DNA from: an uncultured Pseudobdellovibrionaceae bacterium | GTDB lineage: Bacteria; Bdellovibrionota; Bdellovibrionia; Bdellovibrionales; UBA1609 | Reading direction: 5' to 3' | Assembly: GCA_963803705.1 (NCBI GenBank) | Contig: CAWDNU010000004.1 | Span: 480,001 to 544,000, forward strand | Length of the DNA: 64,000 bases | In this document: in pieces, positions 1-10,659 of the stretch | How positions within the stretch are numbered: position 1 is the first letter of the stretch | How the letters are laid out: each line of letters begins with the position of its first letter | Program-made: the position numbers and the translations under genes | Notes under the pieces: model-generated | Databases searched by the model: none | The model's input: only the letters and a program-made list of their open reading frames with translations | Told to the model about the DNA's origin: nothing

Positions 1-324
1 GTCAGTGGCGTTGCTTCACTAGTTTTAGCTCATCACGAAGACTATAAACCTACTCAAGTTGCTAAATACTTAACTAACACTGGTGACATTGTGGATTCGT
101 TAAAAGGAAAAACTTTGTACAACCGTAGATTAAATTCCTACAGAGCTTTAACAATTTTAGATAAAGGTATTGGAGCAATGGGAGTGATCGCAGGTAACAC
201 CGATGATATGAAAACAAATTTTGCAACAGATCGATCTTCGCAAACTGTGAACCCCTTACAAGCGTTTAAAGGCTTTGGTCAGAATCTACTTAAAAATTTG
301 AATTTGAATTCAGAAATACCTTAA
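1..324 (+). CDS. S8 (subtilisin-like) serine peptidase, C-terminal part (truncated by window start)
   Basis: Frame is open from base 1: VSGVASLVLAHHEDYKPTQVAKYLTNTGD...LKGKTLYNRRLNSYRAL. This matches the helix after the catalytic Ser and the C-terminal segment of subtilases. Confidence 0.75.
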   Translation, partial: VSGVASLVLAHHEDYKPTQVAKYLTNTGDIVDSLKGKTLYNRRLNSYRALTILDKGIGAMGVIAGNTDDMKTNFATDRSSQTVNPLQAFKGFGQNLLKNLNLNSEIP

Positions 325-349
325 ATTAAACTTGAAAAAAGGATTTTAG

Positions 350-1966
350 ATGCCAAGACTAATAAAATTTTTAGGGTCAATCTTCATTATTTCATTCTGC
401 GCAAACGTTTCTTTTGCAATTTCAACTAGTGAATTAAATATCCAGCTAAATCCAGATAAAATTCAAGCCATGTACCCAATCAGCAAAGCTATCGCTTTGC
501 AAATCACAAAATCTGATGATGCAGATTTTGATATGATTGGTCCGGCAATAATGGAGCAACACTACCGGTCATTTGTCCTAAGTCCAATATTTGACCAGCA
601 AAATAAAAATCAAGATCTAATGATACTGGCTCATATTAGATTTTCCACTTTGTTAGATGGTCAAGATTCACAAGTAGCAAATAAGGTTTCATATGAAAAG
701 AAATTGAGCGACCACCATCATAATAGTCTTATGTACAATTCTGAGCATTCAACAATCTTTTCACCACTATTTGAGGGAAAACTTCAGTGTTATTCTGGGA
801 CCATTTTGTATGATTTAATTCGTAGAACTCATGGAAAAAAAGTACACGAAGCTTCGAACAGAGTTTTTATATACACAAACGGTCATATATTACCAGGTTA
901 TCTAAAAAAAGAATTAGGAGTATATAACCTTTACGGAATTGAAACCACTGTTGCCGGTAAAGGTTTAAAAAAGTTCGGTCCAGTTCAAACTTTAAAAAGA
1001 ATCAGAGTTGTCGATGCGAACTTGGCTCTGCTAGTTGAGCTTTTGAAGGATTCAATACTAAATCTGCAAACTGTTGTGCAAAGAGCTTTGCTCCTGACTT
1101 CTAAGAAGTTTGAGTTGCCACTTGCTCAAATGGAAGAAGGCATAGAGAATGCACTGGTCAGATTTAGCCAAGGAAATATTATTCAAAAAACAACTTTAGC
1201 TGCTAACGAATTTATCTTACCGTTGATTAACTCTTCACCTTTCGGTTTTGGAAACTCCAATGCGTCTGATAGTGGCCAAGATCTGATAAGAGCAACTGTC
1301 GATGTTTTTCCAACAGAAGGCACAGAGGATTACAATAATGATGAAAATATTATTAAAGTCGCTGAAAATATCCAACGTCAACTTGTAGTTGCAGAGCACA
1401 TCAGAAGGCTTGGGACAATAGATTCTGGTGAATCCGTCATTATTAATTTGCCTAACGGACATCCAAGCATCAATCATAAATATGGATCACCACCTCCTTT
1501 TCCGCGCACTTCAATACTTGTAGTGATCCAAGGTCCTTTAGCAAAAAAATTAATCGAAAATCCGGCTCTTCATTTGATCCGCGAAATGGGTGGTGCTTTT
1601 AAAGAATATGCATTCAATTACGGTTCCATAGTTATGGATGAGCCTAGCTTAGTTGATATTTTCAAATCATTAGAATTCGCTGCTTCAGATGATTCTGGTA
1701 AATTGGTAAAACAAAACCCCTATATCGGAGATTTTGGAGGCAATAAGATTATAGCTTATAATCTAAGAGCGAATAAACCCTCCGCTAATTACAATAGTTC
1801 GTCCCCATTTCTTTTTGGTGTACATGACGGTGGCTATTCTAGTAACAATTCATACTTGGGGAATTTCGCAGATAATTTAGGCGTTCTTTTTGGAGCCCAT
1901 GCTGAAATGATGCGAGACGCTTCTGGCTTGTTGACAATTATTTCAGTCTACAATCATCATTACTGA
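350..1966 (+). CDS. Secreted protein with a putative transglutaminase/papain-like Cys-His-Glu triad
   Basis: Signal peptide (VSFA|IS); motifs LQCYSGT, NGHILPG and YGIETT occur in triad order. Confidence 0.45.
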   Translation: MPRLIKFLGSIFIISFCANVSFAISTSELNIQLNPDKIQAMYPISKAIALQITKSDDADFDMIGPAIMEQHYRSFVLSPIFDQQNKNQDLMILAHIRFSTLLDGQDSQVANKVSYEKKLSDHHHNSLMYNSEHSTIFSPLFEGKLQCYSGTILYDLIRRTHGKKVHEASNRVFIYTNGHILPGYLKKELGVYNLYGIETTVAGKGLKKFGPVQTLKRIRVVDANLALLVELLKDSILNLQTVVQRALLLTSKKFELPLAQMEEGIENALVRFSQGNIIQKTTLAANEFILPLINSSPFGFGNSNASDSGQDLIRATVDVFPTEGTEDYNNDENIIKVAENIQRQLVVAEHIRRLGTIDSGESVIINLPNGHPSINHKYGSPPPFPRTSILVVIQGPLAKKLIENPALHLIREMGGAFKEYAFNYGSIVMDEPSLVDIFKSLEFAASDDSGKLVKQNPYIGDFGGNKIIAYNLRANKPSANYNSSSPFLFGVHDGGYSSNNSYLGNFADNLGVLFGAHAEMMRDASGLLTIISVYNHHY

Positions 1967-2061
1967 TTGAACAAATTTCTAAAGCAATTATCTAGTCGTT
2001 AATATTGAAGCGGCCAATCATCAATATTTTTAAAACTCGCGCAGATTAGATTAGATTTTAA

Positions 2062-3039
2062 CTAAAGATCCGACTCTTTTAGAAGCAGTAGAGCTCCGGT
2101 TAAAAATATAAGAGCGAAGCCAAAACCAGCTAAGTCAGATAAACTTTCGTTACTAAAGCCTAATCCGATCAGTCCGGCAGACATACTTATAACCACCCAG
2201 GGAATTAGCCTTAAATAAGTTTTCTTACCTTTAGACTTGCTGCCTAATACACTTTGGTGAATTGCAAAATCTTGTATTAGTTTTTCACAATATAGCTTCA
2301 TCTCTTTTGAAACCTGGTCGTGACCATTAGCCTCGCAAAAGCTTTTGTACTTTCCCAAAGCAAAATCAAGACTCTGCTTAGCACGAGCAGAAAGGATAAA
2401 GTCTTTGTGAACCGATTTTACATCGTAATTATTAAGAACTTTTTCCCAGCTTTTTTCTAAAAACCAATATTCAGAATTAAGCTCTGTCTCTACGTCATCG
2501 ATAAAGCCAACCTTACGAATACCAGATGTTCCGTCGGTTTCAGGTGCTTTAATTTTATCAGAAATATCCATAGACATTTTTGCGATAATTTTAGGATCTA
2601 AGGTTTCTTCCGTTTCTAGTGAAGCGTTTCCGTAGGCCCTATCATTTGCTTCAAGTTCTGACTTATATTGCTCACTCCATTCGATTGGAAATGCTACAAT
2701 TTCCGAGTGTTCCAACGCTTCAGGAAAAGAGATCCAGAACTTCTGATCGCATGACACACAGTCAAACTCTGGCTTTTCAACATAGATGGTTTGAGGATCT
2801 ACAGCGTAAAGCTTAAAGCAATTCGGACATCTCATTCGAATTTCAGGCTGAGCATATTTGTTCGTTGTCGAACTATTCATAGAATTCGTCAGCTGATCTG
2901 ATTTATAATCTAGTGTAGATTCTTGTTCAGAATTTTTTCTAGAGTTTGATTTTTGGATGTCATAATCAGATGGCTCTGCCAAATTTAATCCCCCTAACAC
3001 TTCTTTTAATAATAGCACTCTTAGACGGACATGGGGCAA
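2062..3039 (-). CDS. Zinc-ribbon domain membrane protein
   Basis: CPNC...CVSC motif; two C-terminal TM helices; start uncertain. Confidence 0.6.
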   Translation of the reverse strand: MPHVRLRVLLLKEVLGGLNLAEPSDYDIQKSNSRKNSEQESTLDYKSDQLTNSMNSSTTNKYAQPEIRMRCPNCFKLYAVDPQTIYVEKPEFDCVSCDQKFWISFPEALEHSEIVAFPIEWSEQYKSELEANDRAYGNASLETEETLDPKIIAKMSMDISDKIKAPETDGTSGIRKVGFIDDVETELNSEYWFLEKSWEKVLNNYDVKSVHKDFILSARAKQSLDFALGKYKSFCEANGHDQVSKEMKLYCEKLIQDFAIHQSVLGSKSKGKKTYLRLIPWVVISMSAGLIGLGFSNESLSDLAGFGFALIFLTGALLLLKESDL

Positions 3040-3123
3040 GAACTTTTTTGAGGTACTTAGCTTTTAAACCATGTAGCAACATCCTTTGCTAGCCCATTTG
3101 TAATACCTATGAGATAAATTTAC

Positions 3124-4680
3124 ATGCCATTTAAAGTAAGAATTTTTTTTAGCTACATTACTAATTTTGTAAAAACATACAAATTGCCTATGATATCAGG
3201 TGTGCTTCAAGCAACCAGCTACATACCTTTTCCACCATGGGCTTTGTTTTTCAGCCTAGTACCTTTGTGGATTTTTTGGATTGGCTCAGATTTTAAAAAG
3301 AAAGTTTTCGGGACCTTAGTCTGTAGTTTAGTGGCTTGTAGTATTGGTTTTTATTGGATTGCGATCACGGCACACGAATTCGGAAAAGCGCCTTGGATCA
3401 TGTCAATTTTAGCGCTGATGTTATTTTCACTGCTTGCGAATTTACACTTGGTTGTATCGGCAATAATTTGGGGCATTCTAAAATTACAAGTTTCTAAAAA
3501 GCACAGTCTTTGGCTGCTACCTTTCGTCACAGCGATTTCAATTAGCTTTGTACCAACGCTATTTCCTTGGAACTTTGGCTACGCCTGGATTTACGCCAAC
3601 CTTCCAGGGGCACAGCTTGCAGATATGTTTGGTGTCATCAGTCTTTCTACAGTCACAATTTTTATAAACTTTTTAGTTTTGTTGGCAGTGGTCACGAAAA
3701 GGTATTCCTATTACGGTTTGGGCGCATTTGTGGTTTTTATAAGCATTAATGCAATTGGACTACTTCACCTGAATTTTGTACCTGAAGAAAAAGGTCGTCT
3801 AAAAGTGTTAATCACCCAGGCCAATATCGGAAATCTTGAAAAACAGCTTTCTTTGAGCGGCTATGGATTTAGAACTAAAGTGGTCACCAAATATGCTAAC
3901 CTGACAACAGATGCTTTAGAAAATGAAGATGGTGTAGATTTAGTAGTTTGGCCAGAGACAGCTTATCCCAAATATATCAATCTGTTGGATTTTAAAAATA
4001 CCGCACCGGTGCTTTCGAACTTAGCCGTTAATAATGAAGTGGCGTTGATCACAGGATTCTACGATGTTCAACCAGGTGACCTGGTGGCTAATGCCATGTT
4101 GTATATTGATAATAGTGGTCAAGTGATTGATCGACCTTCTCATAAAAGTATACTATTGGCATTTGGCGAGTACCTTCCTTTATCAGAAACATTTCCCAAG
4201 TTAAAAGAAATTTTTCCTCAGGTCGCTGACTTTGTCAGAGGCCCAGGGCCTGAAATCAGATCCATAGGCGATGTAATTTTCGGACCCATGATTTGCTACG
4301 AGTCTTTGTTCCCTAGCTTTTCTAGAAAGCTTGCCAACCTTGGAAGCCACGTCTTAATCAACTTAACAAATGACTCTTGGTATGACGATTGGTTTGAGCC
4401 AAAGCAACATCTATACATTACCGCAGGTCGCGCTTTAGAAAATAGACGGCCAGTTATTAGGGCTACAAACACTGGGCTTTCAACTGTGATAAAATCCAAT
4501 GGTCAGCCTATGAAGATCTCTCCTAGAGGTGAAGAGTGGGCTGGGGTTTATAATGTCAAATATCCAGAAGGCAACAGTCAAACAATTTATCAAAGATGGG
4601 GGAAAAACCTACACCCCATTATTTTAATTTTGTTGATCCTATTGATTTTTGGTCATGGGAGATTTAAAAAATCGAAATGA
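3124..4680 (+). CDS. lnt: Apolipoprotein N-acyltransferase
   Basis: Multi-TM N-terminus; WPETA, K-x-x-L-LAFGEYLP, ICYESLFP, NLTNDSWY and RATNTG motifs. Confidence 0.95.
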   Translation: MPFKVRIFFSYITNFVKTYKLPMISGVLQATSYIPFPPWALFFSLVPLWIFWIGSDFKKKVFGTLVCSLVACSIGFYWIAITAHEFGKAPWIMSILALMLFSLLANLHLVVSAIIWGILKLQVSKKHSLWLLPFVTAISISFVPTLFPWNFGYAWIYANLPGAQLADMFGVISLSTVTIFINFLVLLAVVTKRYSYYGLGAFVVFISINAIGLLHLNFVPEEKGRLKVLITQANIGNLEKQLSLSGYGFRTKVVTKYANLTTDALENEDGVDLVVWPETAYPKYINLLDFKNTAPVLSNLAVNNEVALITGFYDVQPGDLVANAMLYIDNSGQVIDRPSHKSILLAFGEYLPLSETFPKLKEIFPQVADFVRGPGPEIRSIGDVIFGPMICYESLFPSFSRKLANLGSHVLINLTNDSWYDDWFEPKQHLYITAGRALENRRPVIRATNTGLSTVIKSNGQPMKISPRGEEWAGVYNVKYPEGNSQTIYQRWGKNLHPIILILLILLIFGHGRFKKSK

Positions 4681-6992
4681 ACACCACTGAACTTAGTAAA
4701 GTTTTAATCCACATTCAAAGCTATTGTAAAACGGTTGTTGGCCAAGAAGCCGTAAAAAACCTTAAAGTCTTTACGAACCCCAAGAAAGCAAAACAACATG
4801 CCAAGGACGTACTTGATCTAAAAAAACTTATATCCTTAGAAGGACTAAGCTTTGAGCTCACCGGTTTAGATCTAAGTCTTAATTGGCTTAGAAAAGTAAA
4901 GAAAAATCAAGTTCTGCAGCCACTTGATCTGAATGATATCCGCTTATTTTTAGAAGACATAGTTCACTTGAAGCAAATTTTTCTCAATAATAAGAATGTA
5001 CCAATTATTGATTATTTTTTAGATACATTGATCGAAGCTGAAGAGATTTTGGCCTACATTAACGTTGTAATTTCACCTGTCAGCGAAATCAATTCTGACG
5101 CAAGCGAAGAGCTGTACAAATTTTTTCAAGACAAAAAAAACTTAAATATGCAGGTCCAAAATTTACTAAAGAAAATTGTTAAAGACCAAAATTTAGAAAA
5201 TATCCTACAAGACAGATTTGTCACCACCCGTGAAGGGCGGCTCGTCTTACCTGTGATCAGCGGGATGAGACATGATTTCAGCGGAATCATCCACGACTCG
5301 AGCCAAAGTAAACAGACAGTCTTTATGGAGCCTCAAGAAGTTGTACCTGTTAACAATAAGGTTTCAGAGCTCGAGATAAAAATACAAGCCGAGATCGAAA
5401 AGATTCTAAGAGAAATTAGCAAGTTTATACACTTAAGGTTTGATGAACTTGAAAGCTCTTTTGAAACTTTAATTCAAATCGACAAAATGTATGCCTTGGG
5501 TTTTTTTGCTTCTCACGCTGAACTAAACTCATTTAATTGGAGCCTAGACGATACAATATATCTGCCTGATCTGAAGCACCCAATGCTTAGCTTAGAAATA
5601 GAAGATATTGTCGGTAATACTATAGAGCTTAACAGGAAAAATAGAATTCTTGTGCTTTCAGGTCCCAATGCCGGGGGGAAAACAGTGTTACTAAAAAGCA
5701 TAGGCCTTGCTTGTCAGATGGCAACCTATGGACTACCAATTGCAAGCACGGAATCAGCAGAGCTTCCTTTTATCCATGAGGTTTTCCTTTCACTGGGTGA
5801 TGAGCAAAACTTAGAAGAAAACCTTAGCTCTTTCGGTGGGCATCTGATTAAGCTAAATCAAGCTGCTAAACTTAAGGGCCTACATACTTTAATTTTAGTA
5901 GATGAAATCTGCGGAACTACTGAAGCCCAAGAAGGATCTGCTTTAGCAAGAGCCTTCATAGAAGAATTTAAGTCCAATGAAGTTTTCGCTGTTATCACAA
6001 GTCATTTAGCACCACTCAGGTCAAATTGGGGTGAAGGCGTAATTAATGGCAGTATGCAGTATGATCCAAAAACTCAGTCCCCCAGTTACACGTTCATTAT
6101 GGGATTGGCAGGTGAATCCATGGCTATTCCAACTGCCAAGCGCTACGGGGTTGATGAAAAAATTATGAAGGCCGCTTTAAGCTACTTAACCCCTGAGGCT
6201 CAAAAAAAATTTTCGGGTTTAGAAGAGATCGAAAACTTAAAGAACAAACTTATCCAACTTCAAAAACAGTATCAGGAAAAACTTAAAGATCTTGAGAAAC
6301 GAGAAATAGTGATTAAAAATGATCAGGCCAAGTTAGAAGAGTTAAAATCTACCGGGCTTGCTGAAGATTTAAACGACTATCAGAAAAAGATCGAAGACTT
6401 GATCAAGTACGAAAAAATAAAATCTAATTTTGAAAACAAAAAAAACTTGGACGCGATCAAGCAACAGATGCCCACCATCGTAAAATACAAGCTGGAAGAT
6501 AACCCTGAAGTTAATCCTGAAAATTTTGCCATCAAATTTCCTGCGGGAACATCCGTTTTTATTAAAAGTTTAAATCGAAAAGGGATTGTTCAAAGCAAAG
6601 CGAACTCAAAAGGCGAGGTTACCGTACTGTCTGAATCTATGCGTATCCAAGTTCCCTACACTGATATTTTGCCGGGTACAGGTCAAAGCTCTTCAAATAA
6701 GCTAAAACAGGTCAAAAGTAGCTTACCTACCTCACACGACCTTACCCAGAAGGATATTGATCTAAGGGGTAAGACCGTAGATGAAGCGCTTGATGAGTTA
6801 GACATGGCTTTAGATCAGGCTGTTCAAAGTGGCTTGCTTAAATTAAAAATCATCCACGGTCATGGAGACCAAGACAGGTTAAAAAAATCTGTTCGCACAT
6901 TTTTATCTAGAAACACATTTATAAAATCTTGGCTTTCGGGCAAAGCATTTAACCAAAGCGATGGAGTCACGATCGCTGAAATACTGTCCTAG
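4677..6992 (+). CDS. mutS2: Endonuclease MutS2
   Basis: GIIHDSSQSKQTVFMEP; Walker A GPNAGGKT; LVDE; C-terminal Smr domain (DLRG...IIHGHG). Confidence 0.95.
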   Translation: MNTTELSKVLIHIQSYCKTVVGQEAVKNLKVFTNPKKAKQHAKDVLDLKKLISLEGLSFELTGLDLSLNWLRKVKKNQVLQPLDLNDIRLFLEDIVHLKQIFLNNKNVPIIDYFLDTLIEAEEILAYINVVISPVSEINSDASEELYKFFQDKKNLNMQVQNLLKKIVKDQNLENILQDRFVTTREGRLVLPVISGMRHDFSGIIHDSSQSKQTVFMEPQEVVPVNNKVSELEIKIQAEIEKILREISKFIHLRFDELESSFETLIQIDKMYALGFFASHAELNSFNWSLDDTIYLPDLKHPMLSLEIEDIVGNTIELNRKNRILVLSGPNAGGKTVLLKSIGLACQMATYGLPIASTESAELPFIHEVFLSLGDEQNLEENLSSFGGHLIKLNQAAKLKGLHTLILVDEICGTTEAQEGSALARAFIEEFKSNEVFAVITSHLAPLRSNWGEGVINGSMQYDPKTQSPSYTFIMGLAGESMAIPTAKRYGVDEKIMKAALSYLTPEAQKKFSGLEEIENLKNKLIQLQKQYQEKLKDLEKREIVIKNDQAKLEELKSTGLAEDLNDYQKKIEDLIKYEKIKSNFENKKNLDAIKQQMPTIVKYKLEDNPEVNPENFAIKFPAGTSVFIKSLNRKGIVQSKANSKGEVTVLSESMRIQVPYTDILPGTGQSSSNKLKQVKSSLPTSHDLTQKDIDLRGKTVDEALDELDMALDQAVQSGLLKLKIIHGHGDQDRLKKSVRTFLSRNTFIKSWLSGKAFNQSDGVTIAEILS

Positions 6993-7220
6993 ATTTACAG
7001 GTTTTGTTGCAACATTTGTGTACTTAAGTTTGACACTTTTTTCGAAAATAAAGTGTCTCAGATTGCACTTTTAGACAAATGGTCGCTATTAGACGGGTCT
7101 AGTGTCTCAATGTCTCAAAATAATAATCTGTATTCAGTCTATATTTATTTAAGAAAACCAAAAAAGACGATAGCTACTAGTAAGATTTTTTTTAGCTCAA
7201 CTTTTGTCATGAGGTGTCTA

Positions 7221-8267
7221 ATGTACGTATTTCGAAAAGCTTCAATTTTTACAATTAGTATATGCTTTACTTTCTTTTTTGCTGCATGTGGCGGCGGTGG
7301 CTCGTCTGTTTCAACTGGAAGCCAAGGTGAACAGTTTTCCCAGGTTAGTAATGCAGATACGAACATAGATGTTTTGTGGGTTATAGATGACTCTGGCTCT
7401 ATGAAGCCAGGCCAAGACGCGCTTAGAGCGAACATCAATGACTTCATAAATTTATTTTACGATAGAGGGTTTAACTTTAGAGTAGCTGTGGCTGCGACCT
7501 CTCAGTATCAAAGTGGAAAAAGCGCTGGATTTAAAGGCGGAGTGCTTTCCTCAAGCCTAAGTCAAAGCCAGATGCAAACTCAGTTTTCAGCAAATGCAAA
7601 TGTAGGAGTAAGTGGAACTGGCGATGAAAGAGGTTTGCAAAGTATGGAGCGGGTTTTAAGTAGCAGCGGTAACCAACCCTTTCCACGCAGCGACGCTCAT
7701 TTGGCTGTTATCTTTTTAGCTGACGAAAATGACTGCGGATCAAACAACGCATCAAACGCAGCAGCTTGTAGAGCAGCAAATCCAGTTTCAGGTTTTTATA
7801 ACTATTTAAAAACATTGACTGGCTCAACTGATGACGATTTGCTTTTTTCAACTCATTCAATCGTGGTAGACTCAAACTCTTGCAAAAATAATGGTTTTTA
7901 TGGTGCTGACAATCCTGGAAGCCCTATGCATGGCGATGCTTCATTGGGAAGCCGCTATGAAGAGATGGCAGGCCTAACTGGCGGATTAGAATTAAGTATT
8001 TGCTCTGCTTTTGGACCTTCAATGGCAAGCCTTGCTGATGACTTGGCTTCTAGGGCTTCACAGTTTTATTTACAGCACGAGCCTATTGTCAGCACAATCG
8101 AAGTAAAAATTGCAGGTGTTAACGGCGGCAACCCAATCGCAAAAAGTACTTCCAACGGTTGGGATTATAATTCAAACAGCCAAAGCATTAGCTTTTATGG
8201 CAGCGCAATTCCCCAGCAAGGCGTGTCAATAGATGTTAGTTATGTGACTCGATTTTTGGTGAACTAA
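7221..8267 (+). CDS. vWA-domain lipoprotein
   Basis: ATG at 7221 follows GAGGTG; lipobox FAAC; MIDAS motif DDSGS; C-terminal beta domain (NGWDYN...ISFYG). Confidence 0.75.
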   Translation: MYVFRKASIFTISICFTFFFAACGGGGSSVSTGSQGEQFSQVSNADTNIDVLWVIDDSGSMKPGQDALRANINDFINLFYDRGFNFRVAVAATSQYQSGKSAGFKGGVLSSSLSQSQMQTQFSANANVGVSGTGDERGLQSMERVLSSSGNQPFPRSDAHLAVIFLADENDCGSNNASNAAACRAANPVSGFYNYLKTLTGSTDDDLLFSTHSIVVDSNSCKNNGFYGADNPGSPMHGDASLGSRYEEMAGLTGGLELSICSAFGPSMASLADDLASRASQFYLQHEPIVSTIEVKIAGVNGGNPIAKSTSNGWDYNSNSQSISFYGSAIPQQGVSIDVSYVTRFLVN

Positions 8268-8290
8268 GCTATTGAGCTTAGTTCTGACTA

Positions 8291-8497
8291 ACAAATGAAA
8301 AAATAATTTTATTGATAATTTAATTGTAAAGAATATTTAGCTTATATCTGCATACATTAAGGCACGGCTGTCCTGCCTCTACCGCATTTTACCCTTGCGG
8401 GTAAAAGCGCCTCCAGCTTGCGGAGGCCTTATGTACGCAGATATAAGCTAAATATTCTTTACAATTAAATTATCAATAAAATTATTTTTTCATCTGT
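8291..8497. repeat. Long inverted repeat; perfect 57-bp arms at 8295-8351 and 8437-8493 around a GC-richer branched core
   Basis: Arms are exact reverse complements when read base by base; the right arm includes the last codons and stop of oppC. Confidence 0.95.
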
Positions 8498-9366
8498 GGA
8501 TCAAAAGCATCGCGAAGGCCATCACCAAATAAATTGAAGGCTAACATCGTTACAAACAAAGCCAGGGCCGGTGGAAAGATCAGATACGGATAAGCACCAA
8601 AGGCACTGTAGCCATCTTTGACCAGCACTCCCCAACTGCTATATGGAGGTTGAAGTCCCAGTCCGATAAAGCTTAAAAATGATTCGTACAGAATGTTTGA
8701 TGGAATTTGAAAAGTCAGCAGAACAATAATTGGCCCCAATATATTCGGCAAAATATAGCGAATAAGAATTCTGTAAGATGGTGTTCCCAACGCTTGTGCT
8801 GCTTCAACATAAGTTAGCTGCTTAACTTGCAAAACTTGTCCCCTTACGACTCGAGCTAACGTCACCCAACCGACAACGCTTAAGGCTATCAAAATAGAGG
8901 TTAAAGCTCTTAGTTCTGGGTTTGATACAAGTTCTACAGAATCAAAAATAACTTTAACCAATATCATTAGTATCAACGATGGGAATGACATCAAGATATC
9001 AATAATCCTCATCATCACGGCGTCAGTGCGCCCACCAATCCATCCAGCTATGCAGCCATAGATTGTGCCTAACACCATAGAGATCATAGCCGTAAATATT
9101 CCCACGGCCATGGACATCCTTGCCCCGTAGATGAGTCTAGATAATAAATCGCGACCCAAGCCATCCGTCCCAAACCAATAGGCTTGGGACGGGCTGTTGA
9201 AAATAGCAGACATATTTTGCTGATCAAAAGAATACGGAGAAATTAGCGACGCAAAAATTGCAAAAAAGCAGATCACTAATATAAAATATAATGAAACCAT
9301 TGCACCAAAATTTTTCTTTAGTCTTGAAAACGAATCCTGCCATAAACTTTTAGAACGCTTTTTCAT
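8482..9366 (-). CDS. oppC: Oligopeptide ABC transporter permease OppC/DppC
   Basis: FGTDGLGRD; EAAQALG; ESFLSFIGLG; GDGLRDAFDP. Confidence 0.92.
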   Translation of the reverse strand: MKKRSKSLWQDSFSRLKKNFGAMVSLYFILVICFFAIFASLISPYSFDQQNMSAIFNSPSQAYWFGTDGLGRDLLSRLIYGARMSMAVGIFTAMISMVLGTIYGCIAGWIGGRTDAVMMRIIDILMSFPSLILMILVKVIFDSVELVSNPELRALTSILIALSVVGWVTLARVVRGQVLQVKQLTYVEAAQALGTPSYRILIRYILPNILGPIIVLLTFQIPSNILYESFLSFIGLGLQPPYSSWGVLVKDGYSAFGAYPYLIFPPALALFVTMLAFNLFGDGLRDAFDPQMKK

Positions 9367-10460
9367 GCTAACCGCATCCTTGGGTCAAAGTAGGCATACA
9401 GAAGATCAACTATTAAATTAGCAAAAACTAATAAGCCTGCATACAGTAAGGTCAAAGCTAAAATAAAAGGATAATCACGATTAGACACACTTTGAACTAA
9501 GTGCTTTCCAATACCAGGTATGGCAAAGAAAATTTCGATCACAAACGAACCCGTTAATATGGCAGCAACCAATGGGCCCGAATAAGTTAGAACAGGTATC
9601 AAAGAATTTTTAAGAACATGCTTATACATCACGGTCCTATGACTTAAACCCTTGGCTTTTGCTGTTCTAATGTAGTCAGCCCCGATGACATCTAAAACGC
9701 TAGATCTGGTCAACCTTGCAATAAATGCAATAGGTCTCATTCCTAAACAAAATACTGGAAGAATGTAGTAAGCCACGGAACCCCAACCTGCTGGTGGCAC
9801 CCATCTTAAATTCATCGCAAAGATTTGTACCAATAAGGCTGCCACTAAAAAATTAGGTAAACTGACCCCACTTATGGCAACAATCATTGAAGCATTGTCA
9901 GCAAGTTGATTGTGCTTAGATGCAGCAAAAAGTCCAAGCGGTATACCCACTAAAAATGAAAAAAGAAGTGCATAGAAACCCAACAAGAATGATGCAGGAA
10001 AACTTTCTGATATGATTTCAGTAACTGGACGGCCCACATACTTGTAAGACTCACCCAAGTCACCTTGCAAAATTTTTGTTAAATAACTGGTGTACTGGAA
10101 AAATAAAGGCTTATCCAAATCGTACTTTCGCTCGATGTTGGCTTTTATATCCGGTGGTAAAGCTTTATCTTGGTCAAATGGCCCACCGGGAACAACGCGA
10201 AGTAAAACAAAAGTTAGACTTACAATTATAAATAATGTGAAAAAAGCCTCGATCAGACGTTTGATTGTATAAAAAACGATGTTTTGACGAATGATAAAAA
10301 AAAGAAAACCAAAGAGCGCACTGATCAGTAAAGTGTAAGTTAAAGCTGATGGAATAATATAGTCAGTAAGATTTAAACCTATTGCCGAAAACAACAACAA
10401 TAACCATATTAATGGAAACCAACGCCCCAGTCCCAAAAAATTTTCCAGCAATTTATCCAT
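9363..10460 (-). CDS. oppB: Oligopeptide ABC transporter permease OppB/DppB with an extra N-terminal TM hairpin
   Basis: PGGPF; GDLGES; YIRTAKAKGL; NRDYP; DLLYAYFDPR. Confidence 0.92.
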   Translation of the reverse strand: MDKLLENFLGLGRWFPLIWLLLLFSAIGLNLTDYIIPSALTYTLLISALFGFLFFIIRQNIVFYTIKRLIEAFFTLFIIVSLTFVLLRVVPGGPFDQDKALPPDIKANIERKYDLDKPLFFQYTSYLTKILQGDLGESYKYVGRPVTEIISESFPASFLLGFYALLFSFLVGIPLGLFAASKHNQLADNASMIVAISGVSLPNFLVAALLVQIFAMNLRWVPPAGWGSVAYYILPVFCLGMRPIAFIARLTRSSVLDVIGADYIRTAKAKGLSHRTVMYKHVLKNSLIPVLTYSGPLVAAILTGSFVIEIFFAIPGIGKHLVQSVSNRDYPFILALTLLYAGLLVFANLIVDLLYAYFDPRMRLA

Positions 10461-10538
10461 AGTATTTTACCTGTTCAATAGCTTTAACTTCAGTTTTCTA
10501 CTTTAGCTTTTTACTTCAGACTGTCTAACTAACTTGTC

Positions 10539-10600
10539 TAATTTTCTTATTTAATTTTCTTATTTAATTTTCTTATTTAATTTCTATTTAATTTTGCTAT
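10539..10600. repeat. 13-bp tandem repeat (TAATTTTCTTATT) x3 plus two degenerate copies
   Basis: Read directly in the oppA-oppB intergenic region. Confidence 0.85.
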
Positions 10601-10659
10601 CCTAATTAACAGTCTAAATTTAAGATACATTTGATTTAGCATATTATCGTGCGCGGTTG

